Part shown: piece by piece, positions 39,331-50,701 of the stretch | Layout of the letters: each line of letters starts with the position of its first letter | Numbering within the stretch: position 1 is the first letter of the stretch | Assembly (NCBI GenBank): GCA_950097015.1 | Contig: CATNEN010000033.1 | Coordinates: 1,426,001-1,490,000 of the forward strand | Length of the DNA: 64,000 nt | Source of the DNA: Macrostomum hystrix | Lineage: Eukaryota > Animalia > Platyhelminthes | Reading direction: 5' to 3' | Translations under genes and position numbers: made by a program | The notes under the pieces: model-generated | Databases searched by the model: none | What the model was told of the DNA's origin: nothing | What the model saw: the letters and a program-made list of their open reading frames with translations, nothing else

Positions 39331-40693
39331 ATGAATAGTGCCGTATTGTACACTGTCTTAGTATTTACCTGCCTATGGGCCGCGCAGTGCCTTGTGATAA
39401 CTCGCAACACCAACTGCCCAGCTGGTCAGTACCCATCCATCAGCGAAATCTGCGCGCCCTGCCCAAACCGGAGCGTTGCCACGGACGCCTTCCTCAGATC
39501 ACTCGCTCTGACGCACCCGCAATGTCCGTATTCGCCTGCGACGCCAGTTCGAGGTGAGTTGCCGTTCCTGCTGCTAATGAAGTAACCAAAACTGCAGGTG
39601 CAGGTTTTAGTTCGAGTTCATTTACAGGTTTAGAGCCATGTCGGCTTGTAAATAGATTTCCTCGCTTGAAATCTATCAGAAATAATAAAAAAATAATTGA
39701 TTACACCTGCCCAAATTGGGCCAGGTTGGCAGCCGACAGCACAGCCGCAGCGATTGCGCGGCGCATCTGAAGTCTGCGTACGGCTGTTCAGTCCATGGAC
39801 TGGGGGGATGCCACACCCATTCTCAATTACCCCAGCTAGTGCTGGTACCCATTTAACAGCTGAGTGAATTGAAGCAATGCAGAGTTAAGTGTCTAGCTAA
39901 AGGGCACAAATTTTTATAATGGAGTCGGGAATCGAACCCCCGACCTTCACGTCGTGATTCCGACGCCCTAACCACTAGGCTAAAATCCCCTTGAGCAGAC
40001 CACAGAAAGGAAAGTTTTTGTTGTTAAAAACATGGCATAAATATATTGACGAGTCCTTTTGAGTCGCATAGCTCAGGTTCCAAGTTTATAGGGCAATACC
40101 GCGGTAGTTTCTGCGGTTATTTTTAGCTATCAGTTTATGCATGCTTGACTCATTTGAGCACGGTGTATTGCAAGGCTATTTATAGCAGTAGAAATAGGCC
40201 ATTTGAGACGAAAATTCTTACAGAAATAAATATTTTTATTTTATTTTCAGGCGGTCCAACAACTCTGCCAAAACCGGCTGTGCCGACCTATGCAGGCGGC
40301 GAGCGGTCGTCACCAGTAACTCGGCCTGGAACACCGACTAGCAGCCCGAACCTGAGCTCAACTGAAGATGCTGCAGCTGCCAACACTCTGGTTGAGGTGG
40401 CAGTTCAGGAGAACAGACAGCCTGAAGCATTGTGGTGGTTGGGGCCGTTGATGGCCGGCTTGGCAGTGTTTGGGATTTCTGTCTGGCTGGTCATCTACTT
40501 CCGCCATAGACAAGCTCGCCGGAAGGTCAAGACACACCCGACACACGGGAGAGGTGGCAATTGTCCAGCAGCCATTGGGCTGCTTCAGAACGGTACCATC
40601 TCGGGCCAGGAGGACCATAACGGCCCATCGACCCCACCGTCCACTGCTCATCCCACGGTTACTTACTGTGCTCAGTTCCCGCCCGACGCCTGA
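39331..40693 (+). CDS. Type I membrane protein with a single TNFR-like Cys-rich module (paralog 2)
   Basis: Exons 39331-39553 and 40251-40693 joined by a phase-1 GT-AG intron. Signal peptide, CPAGQY-x6-C-x2-C-x20-C, P/S/T stalk, TM segment LWWLGPLMAGLAVFGISVWLVIYF followed by RHRQARRK. Confidence 0.82.
39685..39990 (-). mobile_element. tRNA-derived CORE-type SINE, copy B (full length, intronic)
   Basis: Minus strand begins GGGGATTTTAGCCTAGTGGTTAGGGCGTCGGA, has B box GGTTCGATTCC, a CORE-like block and an A/T tail. Confidence 0.9.
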
Positions 40694-41046
40694 GAGCAAC
40701 TTTAGCTGACATTGAAGGCCAACAATTAAGAGTAAAAAACGGATGAAAAATGCTTTATACCGACAAATTGTCCTGACTGACAAAACTAACGAACTAAAAA
40801 ATAGCATGTAAATTGTAGAAAAATATAAATCTAAATAGAAAAATCCCCATCCATATTTTAGTCATAATCCTTATATCTTCTTCTTCCAAAATTTCGGATA
40901 TATATGTATATACTCGTAATTTCATACCTTCTAAGAAAAAGAGATGCCAAATATACGCTCGCAAAAACATATAACCACTGCCCTGTACAGAACTGACACA
41001 ACAGACACTCGAACAAACACCGCAATGTTGCTATTGTCTGTTTGTT

Positions 41047-41092
41047 GTGAGTGAGTGAGTGAGTGAGTGAGTGAGTGAGTGAGTGAGTGAGT
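41047..41092. repeat. (GTGA)n microsatellite
   Basis: Read directly. Confidence 0.9.
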
Positions 41093-41881
41093 AAGTTAGT
41101 ATGGCATAGTGAGTGAGTGTGTTGGTGGGTGCTGTCGACCAGACGATCAAAGGCTCACGGACCAGACAGCGGAGAAAAGGGAGATGAGGAGGCCTGGCAG
41201 CAATAGGAGATGTGCAAGGAGGAGGGAATGAGAGCTAGGAGGAGTCTAGAATGGCGGCCAAAATTTCTTTCCCAACGGGTACGATCTTGAGTACAGTCTG
41301 TCGGGCCCACGGCGGGACTAATAAACGAGCCCAACCCGAACTGCTTATGCTTGCTTACTTATTCCAATGCGGCCTTCTTAGTCATTCGTAAAAGTGCAGT
41401 CAAAACCAACTGGGAGCAGCGACCGTTGTCTCGCCCAGCAAGTCCAACCACCAACCAGCAAATAATGCATGCTCAGTGTGCACAGGACTCGTGTCTCGGT
41501 GCTGTACATCAGTGGCGTGATTCGCTCGGGTGGGCGCGCCTGTACAGAGCTCGGATTTTCTGAGAAAGAAAATAATTAGCTGCTGAGACGGAAAGAAGAG
41601 CAGGTAGACAGGTCAATTCGCTGCTACAACAGCGCATTTGGGCAGGTGCAAGAACAGTCTGCCGGTCAGTTTTCCTGGCTCTCTCTATCAGTCGGTGCAC
41701 TCTCTCACCAGCCCTCATTCCTCACCTGAGCTCTACCTTAGCCTAGCCGAAGAAGAAAGCCTTGTTGATAGCACGAAATAGGTTTGCAGCCGGTCCAAGA
41801 AGAGCCTGCGCGGCACACTGACCCTGATCCGCTCACAGGTGAGCACAGCTAGTGCGGGAGATTGCCACATCGCTGCGACAG

Positions 41882-44021
41882 GAATCGGGAGGCGAAGAGA
41901 CGGACAAAGACCTGGCCAGGCCGAGCGAAAGTCAGAGACTTGAAGGCGGGGGCTGGCGGGAGAGCCTCGCTTGCCACCGAGCTCTGCGCCGGCCCAGCCT
42001 TCGGCTGTCCCTGTTGAACGACCGGCGACCAGTGCGTTGCCACGGCGACCACCACTCGGATGCGGCCAAGAAGCCGAAGGCCGTCAAACAGGCCGAGCCC
42101 AAACCAGCAGCAGCTGACGAAGATGCCGACGATGTCGACGCTCCCGGCGGCTGCACGCACCGGCTGGACTTCACCGAGGTTGGCGAGGCTGGCATGATCG
42201 GCTCGGTGGTAGCTGACCTGCATGACGCGCTGCACGCCTTCGAGGATAAAGACTACCAGACCGTCTGCATCAAGGTGCTCCGCGGGTCACCAGGCAGGGA
42301 ATCATAATTCGACATAACGTCGGGATCTAGAAAATTTTGGGTCTGGGAGTCCGGGAAAATCAGATTATCGGGAAATTGAGAATTAATCCAGATACTTTGA
42401 TGAGTCGTGGTTTGTGCAATTTAATTTTAAATGAGCCACGGAAAATTTAGTAAAAAGGAAAAGTGCTTTTGACATCGAGTTTCCAGGATTTGTGCTTCTG
42501 ACATCGAGTTTTCAGGAATTGTGCTTCTGACATCGAGTTTCCAGGAATTGGGCTTTCGACATCTAGTTTCCAGGAATTGGGCTTTCGACATCTAGTTTCC
42601 AGGAATTGTGCTTTCGACATCGATTTTCCAGGAATTGGGTTTTTGACATAGAGTTTCCAGGAATTGGGTTTTCGACATCTAGTTTCCAGGAATTGGGTTT
42701 TCGACATCTAGTTTCCAGGAAGTTGTGCTTTCGACATCAAGTTTCCAGGAATTGGGTTTTCGACATCGAGTTTCCAGGAATTGGGTTTTCGACATCTAGT
42801 TTCCAGGAATTGTGCTTTCGACATCGAGTTTCCAGGAATTGTGCTTCTGACATCGAGTTTCCAGGAATTGGGTTTTCGACATGTAGTTTCCAGGTGTCTT
42901 TGATTGACATCTATTTTCCAGGAATCATGTTTCCGGGGAATCGAATTTCGAGGAATCGAGTTTTCAGAGACTCCTGTTTTTGAAACTGTCTTCAGAAATC
43001 AGGAAAATCAATTCCGGTAAACAATGCTGCAAAGAATAGAATTTCGAGCAGTCGGTATTGGAAATCTATTTCTAGGCCCCAACCTCAACCACAGGTACTG
43101 AAGGCGGCGGCGACATTGGCCGGCTATGACCAGGCCTCCGATTTCCTCAACGTACTCGACGGTGGCACCGAGTTACGTCAGCTATTCGAAAGCGAGCGCT
43201 ACCTGGAGCTCATGGCCAAGCTGGTGAAGCTGATCCCGCCAACCGGCGAGCCTGAGATCGACATCCCCCTGGGCGTGCTCAAGACTCTGGAGGTCGTGCA
43301 CCTGCAGCACGCGTGGGAGGCCTTCAACAAAGGCGACTATCGGCACGCCATTAGCGAGGTTAGCAGGCAATGAGTGCTGCTCCAAGAACTCCTGAGTAGC
43401 TGATACTGCTCTTACTATTAACACTTCAAGTTCAAATACTGCCACAACAATAGTTAGAAGCGGTGGCCACAAAACATTTGGTTCTAACACCTGTTAGACA
43501 CTGAGCATGAGCAGTTGGGAGGCTGGTTCCCACACCTGTTAGACACTGAGCATGAGCAGTTGGGAGGGGTGTTCCCACACCTGTTAGACACTGAGCATGA
43601 GCAGTTGGGAGGGGTGTTCCCACACCTGTTAGACACTGAGCATGAGCAGTTGGGAGGGGTGTTCCCACACCTGTTAGACACTGAGCATGAGCAGTTGGGA
43701 GGGGTGTTCCCACACCTAGCTGTCATCTGTCTGAACCCCACCGTATGCCCGCAGATGGGTGACGCGATTATGCCGCAGTCGATGGAGCAGGCGGTGAAAA
43801 ACACGCAGCCAAGCACGGTGGCGCCGGTGCTGGCCGGAGTGGTGGCCGGTTACTATGGCTACAAGGGACGCTTGGGCTACGGCATGCGGTCCAATTTCCT
43901 GCTGACGAGCTTCCTGTGCACCACAGGCATCAGCCTGGCCAAGCGTTACTCGCGCAACCTGGCCAAGCTAGGCAGCGTGTCCCTGTTCACAGGTGTGGAT
44001 GAACACCTGGTATTCACCTGA
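41882..44021 (+). CDS. Uncharacterised protein with helical (TPR-like) repeats and a hydrophobic C-terminal region; 5' end unresolved
   Basis: Phase-0 exons ~41882-42274, 43095-43358 and 43755-44021 join in frame over GT-AG introns that each contain a minisatellite; GC-rich coding-like composition. A candidate start exon is 41251-41278 (MAAKISFPT). Confidence 0.6.
42466..42895. repeat. 29-bp intronic minisatellite (TTTCGACATCGAGTTTCCAGGAATTGGGT), ~15 copies
   Basis: Period of 29 (42541 and 42570). Confidence 0.93.
43487..43718. repeat. 45-bp intronic minisatellite (ACACCTGTTAGACACTGAGCATGAGCAGTTGGGAGGGGTGTTCCC), ~5 copies
   Basis: Direct periodicity; lies between the donor at 43359 and the acceptor at 43754. 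Confidence 0.93.
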
Positions 44022-44721
44022 GACCACCCCGGGCGGGTGACATTGTAGAGCCTAGAAATCTGTGATAGCTAGAACAATTATTATCGTTTCTTTCAGGCAA
44101 TTCAGCAAAACGTTTTTTTTGGGGCAACCAGACGTTTGCACCGCGGCGACCCGTTTTGCGTTTCCATGACAACGCTTTCGAATTCCTCCTTGGATTTCAA
44201 GGAGAGAGGCTCAATGAAGCAGATAAACTCCCAATTAGCTTTTAGTCTTGAAAAATGCGTAGTCAACCGTACTTTACTACTTATTACTTCCTTTTAGCAT
44301 GCAATTCAGTAGCAAGTTAAGCTTGGCGACAGATTTTTCTGCTAAATCTACTTGTACATTAGTGCTTTGCAGTTTAATTATAAAGTTTGTGCTACACTCA
44401 TTCATTCGCCTAATAGCTCGCATTCTGACTCTGCTAATGAGCTTTCGATCAACTAACTAAAATCTCAAGCATAGTGAGTAGCAAGAAAATAATATAAATA
44501 GATTCAAACGGCCTTGCCTCAATTCAGAAATTCAAAGAACAAAGTCATGCAGCCGGCATGATTAAAGCATTGTTATTTTGTAACAATAGACCGAATTGAT
44601 TTATTAGTCTAGTAACCAGCAGCACGGACAGTCACTTCTAGGCCAGCTCACAGTTTGAGTCAACTAGGCTGCATATTAAATGACTAATTGAGAGTTAACA
44701 GGGGCAGTTTAAGAACTGTAC

Positions 44722-44722
<1 letters not shown>

Positions 44723-44751
<29 letters not shown>
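44723..44751. repeat. (CA)n microsatellite
   Basis: Read directly. Confidence 0.9.
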
Positions 44752-44753
<2 letters not shown>

Positions 44754-44986
44754 TATCGAATATGGGAGCATAGACACCGGTGACACTCGCAAATCTAATT
44801 TCTCATATATTATATTTTATGTGCATAGTTCGCACAGGTAAATAGACATTTTAAACAAGACTGGACAGTGCTAGAACTAATAGTTTGTTTTTTATTTCAC
44901 TGGCGAAAAAACTAGATATATAGAAGGACACTATAACTACACAAAATATATTAGTTCTGTTAGGGTAGAACAACTCTACATTTACA

Positions 44987-45275
44987 GGCGGGATTGGGAC
45001 TTCAGGTGGGATGGGGAATCCAGGTGGGATGGGGAATCTAGGTGGGATGGGGAATCCAGGTGTGATCCGGAGCATAGGTGGGATTGGGAATCCAGGTGGG
45101 ATGGGGAATCCAGGTGGGATGGGGAATCCAGGTGGGATGGGGAAAGAGGTGGGATTGGGAATCCAGGTGGGTTGGGGAATCTAGGTGGGATTGGGAATCC
45201 AGGTTGGATCCAGGTGGGATGGTAATTTAGGATGGGATTCCAGGTTGGACGGGGAATTAGGGTGGGTGTGGGAAT
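44987..45275. repeat. 18-bp G-rich minisatellite (CAGGTGGGATGGGGAATC), degenerate at the ends
   Basis: Period of 18 (45003 and 45021); just downstream of DCP1. Confidence 0.88.
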
Positions 45276-45453
45276 TTAAACAATTGGGAAGCATATTTGT
45301 GGACAGAGATGCTAGCCCAAGCAGTTCCTTAAAGTTTAGTTAAGCAACGTAAAAGCCTATGTCGAAAATGGATTGATGACAACACGATCAGGTTTAGAAT
45401 TGGACAACAGCAGGGACCGCCGACTACACCTGAGGGTTCTCAGGCAGCGCGCA

Positions 45454-46695
45454 TCAGATCCTATGGGAAGCAAGGCGGCGCTGAAGGCTAGCCACGTAGG
45501 CCCGGTGCAGCGAGCTCAGAAATGCGTCGTCATTCTCAAGCAAGTAGAACAGGCTCTCTCGAAGCTGCTCCTTGGTCAGGGCGGGAATGTCGCCGCTACT
45601 GGACACATGCGCCTGCTGCTTCTGCTGCTCTCTGGATTGCTGCCGCTGCAACTGGGGCGGCGATGTTGGAGTCTGCTGCTCCTGGGGACAGTCGGCCATG
45701 AGCTGGCTGGCTGCGCCCTCCAGCATGCCGGGAGTGAGCAGAAATTCTTCCTCTTCCTCATCAGCAGCTGAGCAGGAGGCCTCGCTTGATCGGGTTGGCT
45801 GCTGCTGCTGCTGCTGCGGCTGGGGCTGCCTTGGGTGTTGCTGCGGCTGTTGCAGCTTCTGCAGGCCAGTAACCAGGCCCAGCTGCTCCTTGATCTGGTG
45901 CGACATCTCGGCGTATTGATCTCGCTGCTGCCGCGGCAGAGGAGGCCCGCCAACTCCACCGTTAGGAACGCTAGCTAAAGTGCTTGAAACAGTAGACGGA
46001 GGCTGCTGCTGCTGCTGCTGCTTGCTGGCGCCACCAAAAAGGCTGTCAAGGCTAATTACCTTTGGCTGCTGCTGCTGCTGCAGCTGTTGCGGTGGCGGCT
46101 GGGGCAAGCCTCGGTGTTTAAAATCAGTCTGAGCTCGACTTAGCATTTGCAGAATGCTGTTGGCCGCATCGGCATTCGCTGATTGCCCCGAGGATGGCTG
46201 TTGCTGCTGCTGCTGTTGCTGCTGCTTCGCAGAAGATACCGCAGCTCCAGCCTTGCCTTTAGCAGCAGCGGCTGCCCGGTCCTCTACAAGCCGTAGCGAG
46301 TCGCCGCCAAGCGACACAACCAGCTGGCCGACTGAGGCGGCGATACGCTGGCAGTCGCGCTGAGTGTAGAACCACATGCCGTGAATCTCGCCGGACTCGG
46401 TTCGATACAGAAGGAAAGGCGGCTGTAGCTGCAGGCCCATGGCTTTGGTGATTTGCTGGACATGATTCTGGGTGCTGCGCTTGTTCAGCAGCATGAAGGC
46501 ATACTGTGGCGCCACAGTGCGCCGATACAGCAGAAATACACCGTCGCAGTTGGATTTCTCCCATTTGCCTTGCACATACTTGTACAGGGCGCTGGAGGTG
46601 CACTTGTCCAGCACCTCGCAGCCGAATTTATCTGTCTTTACAATTGCAGACAAATTCAAGGCGATGTCTTCCGAGCTTTTGCTGTCCTGAGCCAT
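45454..46695 (-). CDS. DCP1: mRNA-decapping enzyme subunit 1 (EVH1 domain plus C-terminal trimerisation domain), single coding exon, 413 aa
   Basis: N-terminal LNLSAIVKTD..ALYKY..WEK...GVFLLYRR..P.Y...LN.....LQPPFLLYR...EI.G.WFY matches the Dcp1 EVH1 domain; C-terminal LTKEQLRESLFYLLENDDAFLSSLHRAY matches the metazoan Dcp1 trimerisation domain; Q-rich linker between them. Confidence 0.95.
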   Translation of the reverse strand: MAQDSKSSEDIALNLSAIVKTDKFGCEVLDKCTSSALYKYVQGKWEKSNCDGVFLLYRRTVAPQYAFMLLNKRSTQNHVQQITKAMGLQLQPPFLLYRTESGEIHGMWFYTQRDCQRIAASVGQLVVSLGGDSLRLVEDRAAAAAKGKAGAAVSSAKQQQQQQQQQPSSGQSANADAANSILQMLSRAQTDFKHRGLPQPPPQQLQQQQQPKVISLDSLFGGASKQQQQQQPPSTVSSTLASVPNGGVGGPPLPRQQRDQYAEMSHQIKEQLGLVTGLQKLQQPQQHPRQPQPQQQQQQPTRSSEASCSAADEEEEEFLLTPGMLEGAASQLMADCPQEQQTPTSPPQLQRQQSREQQKQQAHVSSSGDIPALTKEQLRESLFYLLENDDAFLSSLHRAYVASLQRRLASHRI

Positions 46696-47697
46696 GGGAG
46701 CTACTAGATTAGCTGAGGCTGGGAGCTGCAGAGTTAGAGTTTTAGCATACCATTCAAGGTCTCTTATAACTTTTACTTGTGCAAAAATAAGTGCAAGTGA
46801 TGCTAGCAGTGTACAAATTCATAAATAGCAAGACAGGTGACAGAACTAAATATTTTTCAATAGTATTTTAGTTTTGTATTGTATTGACTGCAATTTAATT
46901 TTTCTTAGCATGTCTAGCAGTGAATTTTATAAGTACAAAATGTACTTGTATTCATAGTTTTAAGCTGCACTTTTGACCTTGTTTCATTCTTTCACCCTTG
47001 ATATATCCTAAATTTAATGCAATGTCCTCTTTGTTTTAAGTTAAATCTTAATGTGACCAATATTATATAACTAACACTCATTATATGACTATACACTCTA
47101 ATAAAACTGATTCTCAATTTCTAATTCTCCATATTTCCATAGTAGTATATGGTTCTGTAGTTTTGTAAATTCTGCAATTATTTTTTTCAGGCTTAACAAG
47201 ATTTTTACAGACAGTGTCTAAGAGTACATGGTGTTGCAAGCAAACTTCTTACAGGTGGCTAAATATCCTGTGCAAATATCCTTAGACAAATATTTTTAGC
47301 TTTCCTACATTCATAACTTTCTAAATAGACAAGTTTCCTATAGGCTAATGTATTGATAGAGACCTTATATTTGGGTGTAACTATTGCAAAAGCAGTAAAA
47401 ATTTACCCAGCTTAATAACTAGATATGACCCATCTAAGCTTCTAACTAAAACTACAAAAAACAAGAGATCTTAAGAAAAAATTAGCCAAAAAAGTAACAC
47501 ATTTTTAGTTGATGATGCTTTACTATAGCAATGCCTAGTGGTAACAAAAAAGATTTAATTAGCATATAATAATGAATTAAGGAAAAACTAAAGAGTGTCT
47601 TCTATAGGCCTAGCATAAATTTTGCTTAAATATCATGGCATAGGCCTACCAATAACCAATATAAAGTAGGGTAATGTATCAACAACCAAACAAGAAT

Positions 47698-48377
47698 GGC
47701 AGAGCTTATTCCCACGGTCCCGTGCCGATAATTTCAATTTTATCCACACGGATCCGTGCCGATAATTTTCTGCTTATCCACACGGCAGCTTGTATGAATA
47801 GGCTAAGTCTAAAACTCTTTACATAAATATGCCGTGCCGTTAATTTCAATTTTATCCACAAGGTTCTGTTCTTTAAAACAAGGCCCTTTCGGGTTTGAAC
47901 GTTTTGTTGAACCCTCAAGCCAATAGATTGACAAAGTTGACAGTGTGTTACGACAGTGTTCTACATTCGACATACACATTCATTAACCGACATTAGTGTC
48001 ATCCTTTTTAATTATTGTAATAACAACTTACTAAATCTTTTGTCATCGTTACGTGTTTTCATTCGAAAAGTATTGACTTAAAAAAGTAAGAAGTCTATCT
48101 AAGAAAATCATACGAGTCAACCAGTAGAATTCTAGTCAGCACCAAACTCGTCACACACATTATAAATCATTGCTATTCTTTTACACTATGCATTGATAGT
48201 GTACACTATACACTATACTCGGAAGCATAAGCCTTATGCTCAGAGAAGAATAGGTAGGGACTTGAAAGTAGACCTATTCATACAAGCTGCCGTGTAGATA
48301 AGCAGAAAATTATCGGCACATATCCGTGTGGATAAAATTGAAATTATCGGCACGGGACCGTGGGAATAAGCACTTCC
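47698..48377. mobile_element. Non-autonomous Mutator-type (MULE) MITE, 680 bp, ~100-bp TIRs, 9-bp TSD AACAAGAAT
   Basis: 47698-~47800 is the near-perfect reverse complement of ~48274-48377; AACAAGAAT lies at 47689-47697 and 48378-48386; no transposase ORF. A 9-bp TSD with long TIRs is the MULE signature. Confidence 0.88.
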
Positions 48378-50701
48378 AACAAGAATATGGATTTTTTTAC
48401 TTCAAACCTAAGCTAGGCCTACAGATTTTCTATTTAAGATATGATGATAAATCAAAAGCCAAGTTATAGAAAACAGTTAGGCCTACATCTTTCTAAAAGT
48501 ATCTGCTTTTGCTATTTTATAAACTAGAAAAAAGTTATTCCTGCTTTTTATCTAAAACCGAACAATGATTTTCATGTATCTTCAAACCAAACAGAGAATT
48601 TGATGTTTGGTTTTACAATTTGAGTGAGTGGTTTAATCTTAATTTTAAGGAGTGAACTATCATGAATTATGTAATTTGAAATCATTTTTCATGCTCTATA
48701 AATAACTATATTTATGGTCATTTAATTGGCAAGCAACCACATACAATCTTCATCTAAAGGACATACAGAAAAAATGTTGTTAAAAAGTATGCTTTTGCAA
48801 TAAAAAATTCTACTGAAACATCAATATCTTTCTTTCCTCTTAATGCTTCATTGCACATCATGCCTCAGCTTGTAGATAATTTCTTCAACTTTCAAATTAG
48901 TTGTTCTGTGAAACACAATAGGCCTAGCTTGTTTCTGTCTTGCACAAGACCAAGGAAGAAGTCAAAATTCTTGTTCGTTTTTTAAAGATATACTGTTCGG
49001 TTAATGATACATTACCCTAACAAATTAGCCAATTAAAAAGATTTAGCTGCTAGGCAAAAATAGTTTTTTAGGAGACCTAGTTTTTTATATACAGGCCTAT
49101 GCTAGGCCTACACAAAAAATATACACATTCAAGAAAAAAGTTTCTTGTTTTAATGCATAAAATAGGCCCTAGTCATTTATTTATTCTTACTCTTTTGGGT
49201 AGCCAGGGTGAAGCACCCAAATATACCATGTCAAGTGTAAAATGATAATAAAAACGCAATCAAATACAAGCAATTTTCGTTTTATTTGGTAAATTGGCCT
49301 AGTGATAGGCCTACATCTTAACTCAGTCTGACAACGAATGAACTCATACGAAAAAGTCCTAACAATCAATATACAGCACATACCTATTATTTATTTATGA
49401 TTAAACGAGCAGGACCTAAAATGATATCGGGACCTAGTTAGCTAGGCTAGGCTGCAGATGATATAAGTGCTACAATTTTGCCATATAATATTTTAGCAAA
49501 TCTGTGCCACGTTCATAAGTAAGTGTAAGCATAGAGGATTTAAACTATCTGAGTTTAATTTGAATAGATTAACTGATAATTTAATATAATTTCACGACAA
49601 TTGAACAGCCTTATATAAAGCAATATGCAAAAATGCATAAAATATCAATATTTTTTTATCATCAATCTTATAATCAAGTTCTCATCCTTGGAGCTTGTTG
49701 CACAATGTTGCACAATTACCAATTTTAAAATGTTTTACTTTAGGTTTGACCATTTGAATCTCCAGCAACCTAATTGTTACTTTAAACAAATATAAGGAAA
49801 ATGGACTAAATTTGTAAGACATCTACAAGAAACGAATAAAACAAATATATCAACAGAAAAAGACAGTCATCGTTTTTTCGGAAACTGATTCGCATTAGTA
49901 GTCTTTTAGCAAAGTAACGATTGATAAGGTTGACAGATTTTCTATTGAATTTGAGGTAAGGATTTCGAAAAGTGATACACATCAGTCATAAAATAAATAT
50001 GCGCCTCCTAGTTCTGCTTTCTGAAGCGACCATCAAATTTCATGAAAATAGTGCAATTTTCTGAATTCGAAATTTCTGTCGAATTTTTTATGTATGGAAC
50101 ATTTGGGTTGCTAATATACAGCCTCTAAACGGCTCTTCACTTAGTACAAAAACTACTAAAGCTTACTACGATGCAGTTTACTACGAGTGGTCCTAGATAT
50201 GTATACGCCGAGTATACGCCGTAGCTAGTATACGCCGTTGTGTATACTAGCGGGCAAGAACAGAATGAAATAACGTATTTTTAACAGAGCACTCCTAATC
50301 ACTTATAAATTAACCGGCGCTTGTTATCCATTACACTCTCTAACGGAACATGCGGTATCAGCACACGGCAGACATACTCGTATTTTCATGAGAACTTTAA
50401 ATACCAACTGTGAAATAAAAATTTTAGGAGGCTATATGCTGCATGCTTCAATATTATCTCATGAGAATACGCTCGTCAGCTTCTATTGGTTTGTCGCCTT
50501 CAATGTCAGGCTTGATCGGTGGCATGGCATCGGAGAGCATAAGAACAATGCTGGCCGATTGTACTATGGACGCATAGCATATTGTATGATTGAGTGCAGC
50601 TATTCATTCAGCAATTAATTGAACAGCTAGCAGTAATTGCAACCAGCATTAAGCAGAAAAAATCATAGTTGACGAATTATAGCTGAATAAATAATAATCA
50701 G

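Noticed and set aside
45373-46712. Plus-strand and alternate-frame ORFs overlapping DCP1 (similar ones overlap the C6orf89-like gene and PSMB5)
   Set aside because: Shadow ORFs of GC-rich coding sequence and CAG tracts, with no independent motifs.
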